Assembly: GCF_049969415.1 (NCBI RefSeq)
Contig: NZ_JBMFOX010000001.1
Coordinates: forward strand, 2,405-66,404
DNA from: Candidatus Hadarchaeum sp.
Lineage (GTDB): Archaea > Hadarchaeota > Hadarchaeia > Hadarchaeales > Hadarchaeaceae
Direction of reading: 5' to 3'
DNA: 64,000 bases
This document shows positions 1 through 7,937 of the stretch, one piece after another (the first letter of the stretch is position 1; the number at the start of each line of letters is the position of its first letter). Position numbers and translations under genes: made by a program. The notes beneath the pieces were generated by a model, which saw only the letters and a list, made by a program, of their open reading frames with translations, was not told the origin of the DNA and made no database searches.

Positions 1-586
1 CTGCCCTCAGGCCCTCCTCCATGTCGGTGTAGCCGAAGGCGTTGGTCTCCAGAAGGTCGGAGATGACCTGACGGACGTCCTTTCTCTGCCCCATCGCCTT
101 GACGACCCGCGCCTGGGAGTTGAAGGTGACCACGGCGTAGCTGTCCTCCCTCAGCTCGATGGCCAGCATCGAGGCCCCGACGGCGGCCACGGCCAGCTTC
201 TCCCCAGCCATGGAGAGGCTGGTGTCAACCATCAGCGCGCAGGCCAACTTCTTCTGCTCCCTCGTCTCCACCACGATGTCCTCGGCCCGGTAGTCCGGCT
301 TCCCGATGATCCGCTCGCAGGTGGCCTCGAGGTCGATCTCGTCGGCGCCGAAGCGGTAGCTGTCCCGCCTCAGCTTGGCGGACCGCTTCGTCGGACCAAG
401 GCTCCTCAGCGCCCGGCGCAGGATCGCCCTGACGGCTATTTTCCTGAGCTCCTCGCGCTGCCTCTCATCTAGTCTGTTTTTGACATCGGGATAGCTCCGC
501 GCAATCAGCCAACCAACATCCCCGTCCTCCGCCCGATTCCCCGATTTCTCGGAAAAAATCACGGTGTAAACGGGGGGCTCAATCAA
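1..586 (-). CDS. vWA (von Willebrand A) domain protein; partial, 3' end lies beyond the left edge. Start is TTG at 586 (overlapping the MoxR stop as TTGA) or GTG at 562
   Basis: The minus-strand frame is open over the whole 1-586 stretch. Translation gives a MIDAS-type DxSxS motif (LMVDTSLSM) followed by VVTFNSQARVV...T...GL. It sits downstream of a MoxR ATPase and has a 4-nt TTGA overlap with that gene. It is absent from the ORF track because no stop codon lies in the window. Confidence 0.5.
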   Translation of the reverse strand, partial: MIEPPVYTVIFSEKSGNRAEDGDVGWLIARSYPDVKNRLDERQREELRKIAVRAILRRALRSLGPTKRSAKLRRDSYRFGADEIDLEATCERIIGKPDYRAEDIVVETREQKKLACALMVDTSLSMAGEKLAVAAVGASMLAIELREDSYAVVTFNSQARVVKAMGQRKDVRQVISDLLETNAFGYTDMEEGLRA

Positions 587-1470
587 GTCTTTTTTTTTAC
601 TTCAGGCTGTACGTTGGCCTTCTCGAAGCCGGGAGTTCTTTTCATAACTGAATCGACTATCGCGTCGATGACCTCAGCGGGCTGCCTCTGGGCCTCCTCC
701 CTCAGCTCAATCCTCGTGGGCAGGGCCAAGCGGCAGGCTTTCCTGACCGCCTCAGCGTTGCCACCCAGCTGGACGGCAAGCCGGGCCACGCTGATCGCGG
801 CCCGGATCGAGGCCCCCCGCCTGATCTCGGGATGCTCGCGGGTCGCCCTGACTATCCGGACGACCAGCCGGGAGAAATCAACGTCGTCAATTCCTGTGTG
901 TAGCCTTAGAATCTCGATCTCCTCGGGCTCAGGCTGGTAGCCTAGCGTCACCAGCTCAAAGCGGTCGCGCAGCGCCTCGGAGATGGGGCTGGTGGCGATG
1001 AACTCCCTAGGGTTCTGGGTGGCGATGATGACAAAGCCATCGGCGGCGGTGATGCTGCCGATCTTCGGTATCTCAATCTTGTACTCGTCCATCGCAGGCA
1101 GCAGCACATTCTGGACTGACTCCGGCATCCGGTTCAGCTCGTTGATGAAGAGCGCGCCACCGTTCTGCATCGCGAGAACCAGTGGCCCGGGGATGAAGGC
1201 CTCCTTAACGTAGCCTAGCTTCAGGACGATGGGCGGGTCGAACCACCCGGTGAGCTTCTGCTCGGTATACCTTTCGTCACCATCGACGCGGAAGACTTGC
1301 TTGTGCAGGTAGTTGGAAACGGCCAACGCGATGACGGTCTTGCCCACGCCGACCGGCCCCTCGATCAGGAGGTGCCGCCCTGCCCGGACCACCGCCAGGG
1401 CCTGCTCCAGCTCCCGCTCCCGGCCGATGATGCCGAACCTCCTCTGGATTTCCCTGACCTCCTCGAGCAT
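583..1470 (-). CDS. MoxR-family AAA+ ATPase
   Basis: Walker A GPVGVGKT, Walker B LLIEGP/DE region and the MoxR-type C-terminal domain, 295 aa. Confidence 0.85.
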   Translation of the reverse strand: MLEEVREIQRRFGIIGRERELEQALAVVRAGRHLLIEGPVGVGKTVIALAVSNYLHKQVFRVDGDERYTEQKLTGWFDPPIVLKLGYVKEAFIPGPLVLAMQNGGALFINELNRMPESVQNVLLPAMDEYKIEIPKIGSITAADGFVIIATQNPREFIATSPISEALRDRFELVTLGYQPEPEEIEILRLHTGIDDVDFSRLVVRIVRATREHPEIRRGASIRAAISVARLAVQLGGNAEAVRKACRLALPTRIELREEAQRQPAEVIDAIVDSVMKRTPGFEKANVQPEVKKKT

Positions 1471-1531
1471 CGCTACCCTGATAACCTAGCCGCGGAGGAA
1501 TAAACGTTTTCCTAGATTTAGGGTGAAAATA

Positions 1532-1553
1532 GTTGCAATAGCAACCTTTATAT
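1532..1553 (+). promoter_or_regulatory. Imperfect palindrome GTTGC-AATA-GCAAC next to TATA-like TTTATAT, about 30 bp upstream of the marR start. Candidate MarR operator and archaeal promoter
   Basis: Inverted repeat read directly from the sequence; position relative to the start at 1587. Confidence 0.3.
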
Positions 1554-1586
1554 CGACCGACCGTGCTCTTTGATGGAGGCTCGGCA

Positions 1587-2036
1587 ATGGATGAACTCAA
1601 GTCAATCGGGCGGCTGATCTCCTACCTTCACCGGCTCAAAGGCAGTTACCTTCACGAAAGGCTGGGAAAATACGGCATCGGCAGCGGTCAGGTTCCCCTC
1701 CTGATGCGGCTCTACCGCGGCGATGGCATCAATCAGGACCACTTGGCCCACGAGGTCAACATTGACAAGGCCACCTGCACGCGGGCGATAGAGAAGCTGG
1801 AGCGGGTGGGTCTGGTGAGACGGCGGACGGACGAGGCCGACCGGAGGGCCTATCGGGTCTGCCTGACCAAAAAGGCGAAACGGCTCCGTCCCACTGTGGA
1901 AAGGACGCTCAAGGACTGGACCAAGCTGCTCCTGACCGGGTTCTCCGCGGAGGAAAGGGAGAAACTATTCGAGTTTCTGGAGAGGTTGATAGCCAACGCC
2001 TCGGCCAAGAAAAACAGTGGTGGGGAGGATGTCTGA
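1587..2036 (+). CDS. MarR-family transcriptional regulator
   Basis: Winged-helix MarR pattern (KATCTRAIEKLERVGLVRR..DRR). Start chosen at MDELKS; the ORF track begins 8 codons earlier. Confidence 0.75.
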   Translation: MDELKSIGRLISYLHRLKGSYLHERLGKYGIGSGQVPLLMRLYRGDGINQDHLAHEVNIDKATCTRAIEKLERVGLVRRRTDEADRRAYRVCLTKKAKRLRPTVERTLKDWTKLLLTGFSAEEREKLFEFLERLIANASAKKNSGGEDV

Positions 2037-3438
2037 AGAGCTGCCGGTCCCGGAGGAAGCCTACACCGAGGGGGTCAAGACCCTGCTCGGGGATCCCAAG
2101 AGGGCCATCGTCAAGCTCTCCCTGCCCATGATCATGGCGATGCTGATCCAGGCCACCTACAACCTCGCCGACGCCATCTGGGTGGCGGGCATCGGCGCCG
2201 ACGCCCTGGCCGCCGTGGGCTTCGTGTTCCCCTTCTACTTCATCATGATGGCGATATCCACCGGGATTGGAATCGGGAGCAGCTCGGCCATCGCGCGCAG
2301 AATCGGGGCCCGGGATAAGGCCGGTGCCGACAGCGCTGCCACTAATTCGATCGTCCTCGTGGTAATCTCCGCGGTGATATTCACCGTGCCGCTGGTCATC
2401 TTCACCGAGCCCATCTTCGGGGCGATCGGAGCCGGTGGCACGCTCCGGATGACTGTGGACTACGCCCGGATAATCTCCGCCGGGGCCGTCTTCCTCTTTT
2501 TCAACAACGTCGGCAACGCCATCCTGAGGGGTGAGGGGGACGCCAAGCGGGCGATGTACGCCCTCGGGCTCGGCGCCGGTCTGAACATCATCTTGGACCC
2601 GATGTTCATCTACGTGCTCGGTTTCGGTGTTGCCGGGGCCGCGCTGGCCACCGTGCTCTCGATGTCCGTTTCCTCGGCCCTGCTGCTCTACTGGCTGGCG
2701 ATCAAGAACGACACCTACGTCTCCATCCGCTTCCGGGGCTTCCGGTTCCACGGGGAAATCGTGAAGGACATCCTCCGGGTCGGCATCCCCTCGTCGATAG
2801 TCCAAGTCTCGATGTCACTCTCGATGCTGCTGATCAACTTCCTCATCGTCCTCATCTCGCAGGGAGGCACCGATGGCGTCGCCGTCTACTCCGCGGGCTG
2901 GAGGGTGGCCACCGTGGGCACCCTGCCGCTGAACGGGATCGCCACCGCGGTGGTCGCCGTCTGCGGCGCGGCCTTCGGCGAGAGGGCCTACGATAAGATC
3001 AGCGTCTCACACCTGCACGCGATCAAGATCGGCCTGCTCATCGAGGCGGTCGTGACCGGGATAACGTTCGTCTTTGCCCCGCAGATCGCCGCCGTGTTCA
3101 CCTACTCCGAGGGCGCGGCCCGCATCGCCGGCGACCTGACGCTGTTCCTCCGGATCATCTGCCTCTTCTGGCCCTTCGTCTCCTTCGGGATGCAATCGTC
3201 GGCGCTGTTCCAGGCTGTGGGGCGTGGGGTCAGCTCCCTGATGGCGACGGTCTTCCGCGCGCTGGTGCTGACGCTGCTCTTCATCTTCATCCTGGCCTTC
3301 GTCCTCAACTACGGGCTGCTCGGTGTCTGGTGGGGCATCGTGCTGGCCAACATCATCGGCTCGCTGGTCGTCTTCAGCTGGGCCAGGCTCTTCGTGCGCG
3401 GGCTGATGCGAAGAGATGCGAAACGGCTTCTCAGATAA
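2029..3438 (+). CDS. MATE-family multidrug efflux transporter
   Basis: 12-TM polytopic protein with the MATE N-terminal pattern (KRAIVKLSLPMI...). Overlaps the marR stop as ATGTCTGA. Confidence 0.8.
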   Translation: MSEELPVPEEAYTEGVKTLLGDPKRAIVKLSLPMIMAMLIQATYNLADAIWVAGIGADALAAVGFVFPFYFIMMAISTGIGIGSSSAIARRIGARDKAGADSAATNSIVLVVISAVIFTVPLVIFTEPIFGAIGAGGTLRMTVDYARIISAGAVFLFFNNVGNAILRGEGDAKRAMYALGLGAGLNIILDPMFIYVLGFGVAGAALATVLSMSVSSALLLYWLAIKNDTYVSIRFRGFRFHGEIVKDILRVGIPSSIVQVSMSLSMLLINFLIVLISQGGTDGVAVYSAGWRVATVGTLPLNGIATAVVAVCGAAFGERAYDKISVSHLHAIKIGLLIEAVVTGITFVFAPQIAAVFTYSEGAARIAGDLTLFLRIICLFWPFVSFGMQSSALFQAVGRGVSSLMATVFRALVLTLLFIFILAFVLNYGLLGVWWGIVLANIIGSLVVFSWARLFVRGLMRRDAKRLLR

Positions 3439-3479
3439 TCCGGAAAACTCTTGCTGGGATGAGGGCCGGCTGCGCCCAA

Positions 3480-3794
3480 CTATTCTCGCTTCTCGACGAT
3501 GATGGTGCATTTGGTGACAAAGGCCGCGACGGCACCGAGGGCCGCCAGCCACGGCGCCAGCAACGCGCCGATGATGCCGGCCGTGACCGGGATTTCAATC
3601 AGGGTGCTGCCCTTTTCATCCTTGACGATGATCCGGGTTATATTGCCCTCGTGCACGAGCTCCTTGATTTTCTTCACCAGATCCTCCGCGGAAACGGAGA
3701 ACTCCTCGGAAACTCCTGCCACCGGTTTTCCGCAGCGGAAGCAGTAACGGGCGTCCTCGGGCAGGTCGGCCCCGCAGCTTTTACATTTCGCCAT
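3480..3794 (-). CDS. N-terminal zinc-ribbon plus DUF4342-family protein
   Basis: CKSCGADLPEDARYCFRCG zinc ribbon. The DUF4342-like tail LIEIPVTAGIIGALLAPWLAALGAVAAFVTKC matches that family. Confidence 0.6.
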   Translation of the reverse strand: MAKCKSCGADLPEDARYCFRCGKPVAGVSEEFSVSAEDLVKKIKELVHEGNITRIIVKDEKGSTLIEIPVTAGIIGALLAPWLAALGAVAAFVTKCTIIVEKRE

Positions 3795-3873
3795 TCGCTT
3801 CCCATTCCTTTTCTGACTCTATCATTTAAACAGTTGCTTAGCCATCATCTGTGTTTTACCCATTCAAACGGCA

Positions 3874-4887
3874 TTACAGCTTGGGCCCCGGGTCTCGTAT
3901 CAGCGGTGCCGTGGCACAGTGCGGCCCCCCGCCCGCCTTGATGAACTCGCTCATTTCCACCGCGATAACGTCCACCCCTTCCTTCTCCAGCCTCCGCCGG
4001 GTGAACTGAAAACCCGCCAGCATCACAATCTTGCCGGGCGCGAGGGCCAAAGTGTTACAGGCATAGTCCTTCGCCTCCTCGGGCGGGACCTCGATCAGGT
4101 TGATCTCCTTCTCCCTGAGATACTCCAAGAAATCGTAGGGGACCGCGGGCGGGTAAATCAGCGCCAGGCCATCACCAACGTATCCAAAAACACAGTCCAG
4201 GTGGGCGAAACCACCCGCAGGCCAGTCGGTGTTCTCCAACCATCCCGGAATGGGAACCACCTTAACCTCCTCAACCCCCACTGACTCCAGCACCCTCGAG
4301 ACCTGATCTATCCCCTCTTGGTTCGTCCGGATGCTCCTCCCGATGCAGACGTGGGCCGGATCGAGCCAGACCACGTTCCCGCCCTCGAAGGTCCCCGACC
4401 CCCGAACGGTGTACAGGATGGGGCAACCCAGCTCCATAACCCGCTTCGCCCACCAGACCTCGCCACCCCTATCCCAGGGTAGCGACATGCGGTGGACGAT
4501 GGCGCCTCCGTTGACCACGAAGCCAAAGTCCCTCGTCCCCCAGAGGCCCTGCAGCACCGCATACGGTCCCCGCGCCATCGGCGGGGCGTTCATCCCGTGG
4601 ACCTTCACCCCCTCCTCTTTCATGATCTCAACGAAGCGGTCGTGCTGCTCCGCGGCCTTATCCGGATCCGGCGCAGCCTTCATGCCGAACCACGTCCAAT
4701 CTCCCCTCGGCGGCGCAACCTCGGGACCGGGCCGCTGCACCAGCACCTCCCGGAGCTTTCCGATCTCGCTCTGGGCGCCCCACTTCTTGCCCCAGATATA
4801 CTTCAGCTCGTCGTCATAGTTCAGTGGTATCGGTGTCGCGGGCTTGCTCTTATCAATCCTCTTAACGGCTTCCTCGACCTTATCCAC
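3874..4887 (-). CDS. Guanidino-group-modifying enzyme superfamily protein (arginine deiminase / amidinotransferase / DDAH-like)
   Basis: C-terminal catalytic motif GGGPHCATAPLIRD and an internal HLD motif (FAHLDCVF), 337 aa. Confidence 0.55.
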   Translation of the reverse strand: MDKVEEAVKRIDKSKPATPIPLNYDDELKYIWGKKWGAQSEIGKLREVLVQRPGPEVAPPRGDWTWFGMKAAPDPDKAAEQHDRFVEIMKEEGVKVHGMNAPPMARGPYAVLQGLWGTRDFGFVVNGGAIVHRMSLPWDRGGEVWWAKRVMELGCPILYTVRGSGTFEGGNVVWLDPAHVCIGRSIRTNQEGIDQVSRVLESVGVEEVKVVPIPGWLENTDWPAGGFAHLDCVFGYVGDGLALIYPPAVPYDFLEYLREKEINLIEVPPEEAKDYACNTLALAPGKIVMLAGFQFTRRRLEKEGVDVIAVEMSEFIKAGGGPHCATAPLIRDPGPKL

Positions 4888-5011
4888 CTCAACCCTCCCC
4901 AGTTAAACTCGGAGCTGCTTCTTAAATTGTTTCTTGTGTCTGAGGCCCAAACAACCTTTATTAATTCAAACGGGCAATTTAATTCGAAAAATCAAGGTGG
5001 GGGGTGGAGAA

Positions 5012-5095
5012 ATGGCCAAGAAAAAGAAGGCGGTGAAGAAGAAGGAGAAACCTGCCGAAGAAAAACCCGCGGCAAGTTCGTGCTGCAGTGGTTAA
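5012..5095 (+). CDS. Candidate 27-aa lysine-rich small protein (MAKKKKAVKKKEKPAEEKPAASSCCSG)
   Basis: ATG preceded by GGTGGGGGGTGGAG (Shine-Dalgarno-like). Short, with no homolog I can recall. Confidence 0.2.
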   Translation: MAKKKKAVKKKEKPAEEKPAASSCCSG

Positions 5096-5190
5096 CCGCG
5101 CGCGCTGTTTTAAACTAACCTATAACTTGCATCATTTGCGATTTTGTTTGCTTCAGTTCGGCACCGTTTAAGCTACTTGTTTTTGTATTA

Positions 5191-6474
5191 TCAACTTCGA
5201 GGATCGAGCACGCGCCCCAGGAAGAGAACCGCCCCCGTGCTGGTGTCATGAATCAGGAAGATAAAGGGGTGGTCTAGCGAGACGTTAATCGGCGGAGGCA
5301 AAGTGGCCGTAAGTTCCATGATCACCGCGGTCGCTGCCGCCGCCTCGGTGCCCCTCTCGTCGACGGAAACGAAGGACTTGTGCAGCACCTTGCTAATGAA
5401 CAGCCTGTCGTCAGCCATGCCGGTGAAATCGGCCCGATCGGTGAACGCGGTGGGCATGCCCATCCCGGCGAGCGCGTTCGTCAGGTCGAGCGGAAACTCA
5501 AAGCGGAACTTCGGCATCCTCACTACCACATTCTGCCTCTCCAAACCGCCCACGATCTCGCGCAGACTTTCGACCGTCAGACCGGCCTCAAACTCCTCAA
5601 AACTTTCCGGCAGGATGACCAGCATCGCCACCGAGGTATCCCTGTAGGGCAGCTCGACGGCCTGGTAGCCCTCCCCCTTCGAGTAGCGGATGGATTCACT
5701 CTTGGGCCAGGACATCATCGGCACGGTGACCTGAGAGCCGTCGCGGAGGGTGAAGACGCCATCGGCAGTGAGGTTCTCGGAGAACGGATGTTGCCACATC
5801 GCGTTGAAGTAGATCGCGTTGGTCAGCACCAGCCGGGTGTAGGTGTCGATGGCACCTAGTGGAATCAGGTCCTTTATCTTCTCATTTGTCTGCTCGCCTA
5901 CCCAGTCATTGATCCTGACCCGGGCTGCCTCGGGGTCCCCCTGGAAATCCAAGCCGCGTAATCCGGCCCCGTAGTTCACAGCCAGGACATCCAAGAACTC
6001 CCGCTTGAACTCAAAGCCGATCTGCCCCCAGATCGAGTTGGCGATGTTGAGCCGGAAGTTCTCGCTGTTCTGGGCCATGAGCGCTAAATCCAGTGCGTCG
6101 AAGGCCGGGTGCAGCCTTTCCTGCGGCAGGGTGAAGCGGAGCACCTCGGCCATCTCCTGGGCGGTGGGGCCGCGGGCGCCCGCGTAGGTCATCGCCAGCG
6201 CCAGGGAAATGCTGTAGGGGGAGAAGAACAGGTTGCCCTCAGAGGCCCTGACCCGCTGGTAGAGATCCAGGGCAAAACCGGTGTTGCCTGCTACCAGCTC
6301 CGCGAAATCCTCCCGGGTCACGTTGGGGCTGGTATCGCGGGAGAGTCCGGAATGATAGAATTCCACGCCCGGAGTTCCATAATTTCCCAGTAGGACCACA
6401 CCCAATATGGTCAGAACAACGACGCCAGCGATCACCGCCGCCAGAATGCGGAGCGCAGAGTTACCGAGCTTCAC
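5191..6474 (-). CDS. Serpin-family protease inhibitor with an N-terminal TM/signal anchor
   Basis: Reactive-centre-loop hinge GTEAAAATAVIM and the C-terminal serpin signature PFIFLIHDTSTGAVLFLGRV.DP. N-terminal hydrophobic segment ILAAVIAGVVVLTILGVVLL. Confidence 0.85.
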   Translation of the reverse strand: MKLGNSALRILAAVIAGVVVLTILGVVLLGNYGTPGVEFYHSGLSRDTSPNVTREDFAELVAGNTGFALDLYQRVRASEGNLFFSPYSISLALAMTYAGARGPTAQEMAEVLRFTLPQERLHPAFDALDLALMAQNSENFRLNIANSIWGQIGFEFKREFLDVLAVNYGAGLRGLDFQGDPEAARVRINDWVGEQTNEKIKDLIPLGAIDTYTRLVLTNAIYFNAMWQHPFSENLTADGVFTLRDGSQVTVPMMSWPKSESIRYSKGEGYQAVELPYRDTSVAMLVILPESFEEFEAGLTVESLREIVGGLERQNVVVRMPKFRFEFPLDLTNALAGMGMPTAFTDRADFTGMADDRLFISKVLHKSFVSVDERGTEAAAATAVIMELTATLPPPINVSLDHPFIFLIHDTSTGAVLFLGRVLDPRS

Positions 6475-6565
6475 GTTAAAACCGCTTACATCTTTAGCTT
6501 ATCGCCTTATTAATTAAGTTTCATCAAAGCAACATTATCCTCCGGACGATTTACCGGCCAGGCTA

Positions 6566-7153
6566 CTACTGACTCTCCTGCTCCGGCTTCTCCTTCTCCT
6601 CAGCGCCTTCAGCCTTCTCCTTCCCAAGCAGCAGCCCCAGCAGCTCCCTCTGGTCCACCTCGGCCATCGCCCGCCAGCCGAGGTAAAGCAAACCCTGTTC
6701 ATCCTCGGAGAGGTAGCCCCGCCTGATGAAGCGGTCAATCGTCGCCTCCACCCGCCAGCGGGGGAACTTCTCCTGGAGGATGCGCTCGACCTCCTTCAGC
6801 GGTGCCTTGCCCCCGCGAGAGAGGATGTGGGCCAGCGCCACGGTGAGCATCGCCATGTCGTCCACCCGCCAGCCGAAGGTCCTAGCGTCGGAAAGCCTGG
6901 GATGCCCACGCAGGGTGATGAAGTAGCGGTCAGACTCCGAGCTCTCTCCCGCCTCGCTGACCCGCTTCACCGCCAGCCCCAGCTTCTCCAGCTCGGCATC
7001 CAGCAGCTTCAAGATCTGCTCGTAGTCGCGACCCAGCGCCCGCCTCAGCTCCCAGGCCTTGGCCCCGGGCTGCATGTGGTGCCTGAAGAAGAGCAGCTGG
7101 GCCGCCCGCGCCAGCTTCTCCCTGAGCTCAACCACGTCCGGGGCCTCAGGCAC
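6566..7153 (-). CDS. ScpB-like tandem winged-helix protein (putative kite subunit)
   Basis: Two wHTH-like repeats and an acidic C-tail. Overlaps the upstream scpA-like gene by 8 nt. Confidence 0.5.
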   Translation of the reverse strand: MPEAPDVVELREKLARAAQLLFFRHHMQPGAKAWELRRALGRDYEQILKLLDAELEKLGLAVKRVSEAGESSESDRYFITLRGHPRLSDARTFGWRVDDMAMLTVALAHILSRGGKAPLKEVERILQEKFPRWRVEATIDRFIRRGYLSEDEQGLLYLGWRAMAEVDQRELLGLLLGKEKAEGAEEKEKPEQESQ

Positions 7154-7937
7154 GCTTCTTCCTCCTCTTCAGCCACTCCTCGCGGCTGATGGCGATGGGC
7201 ACGGAAAATGTCGCCACGTTCTCCAGCACCTGCGGCTTCGGCAGCGGCTTCAGGTTGATCTCCTCCTCGAGCGGGTCGATGTCCAGCGTGGCATAGCCGT
7301 AGCTCACCAGGAAGCTCACCAGCCAGGCCCGAAACACCGTCTCCTCGAAGGTCTTTCCCTGGATGAACCTCCAGTAGGAGATGAACTCCTTCTCCCCAAC
7401 CGCCTCCTTCAGCTCCCTCCAGGTCCGGTCGAGCAGGGCGGTGAGGTCCTCGTCGCTGAGTATCCCCATCCTAGCCAGCTCCCGGCGCGCTATCTCCCCG
7501 GTCATGACCTCGGTGACCTCAAGCTCCTTGAACCTCTCGTCCAGCCCGGGAAGGTTGCGCCAGTAGTCGAGCCCCTCCCGGAGCGCGGGCAGGGAAAGGC
7601 TCTCGAGGTCGATGATCGGATGCCAGGCGCGGACGAGCACCTCGGCCAGATCCTGCGGCTGGAGCGCGTAGAGCTTGAGCGTGATCAGCAGCGGGTCCAA
7701 GTAGAGCAGGGAGGACTTGTGCTTGATCCATTCGCCCTGCTGGAAGATGACGTCGGCCAGCCCGAGCACCGCCTGAACGTCGAGGTAGAGCTCCTCGTTG
7801 GTCTTCAGCTTGGGCAGCAGCTCCCGGAGCCGGTCGAAGAACTCCCGGACCTCGACATCGAAGGGGTCCAGCCCGCTCTTCCTCACCGAGTCGCAGAGCT
7901 CCACGATGCGCTGCAGCAGCTCCTGTCGCTCCGTCAT
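7146..7937 (-). CDS. ScpA-like kleisin
   Basis: N-terminal GLDPFDVEVREFFDRL resembles the ScpA motif (IDPWDIDIVEV.D.FL). The C-terminal winged-helix-like segment is FRAWLVSFLVSYGYATLDID. Abuts the SMC-like gene at 7937/7938. Confidence 0.6.
   Translation of the reverse strand: MTERQELLQRIVELCDSVRKSGLDPFDVEVREFFDRLRELLPKLKTNEELYLDVQAVLGLADVIFQQGEWIKHKSSLLYLDPLLITLKLYALQPQDLAEVLVRAWHPIIDLESLSLPALREGLDYWRNLPGLDERFKELEVTEVMTGEIARRELARMGILSDEDLTALLDRTWRELKEAVGEKEFISYWRFIQGKTFEETVFRAWLVSFLVSYGYATLDIDPLEEEINLKPLPKPQVLENVATFSVPIAISREEWLKRRKKRA

Noticed and set aside
1909-2805. 298-aa minus-strand ORF, Gly/Asp/His-rich
   Set aside because: Antisense shadow of the MATE transporter gene; low-complexity composition typical of a GC-rich reverse frame
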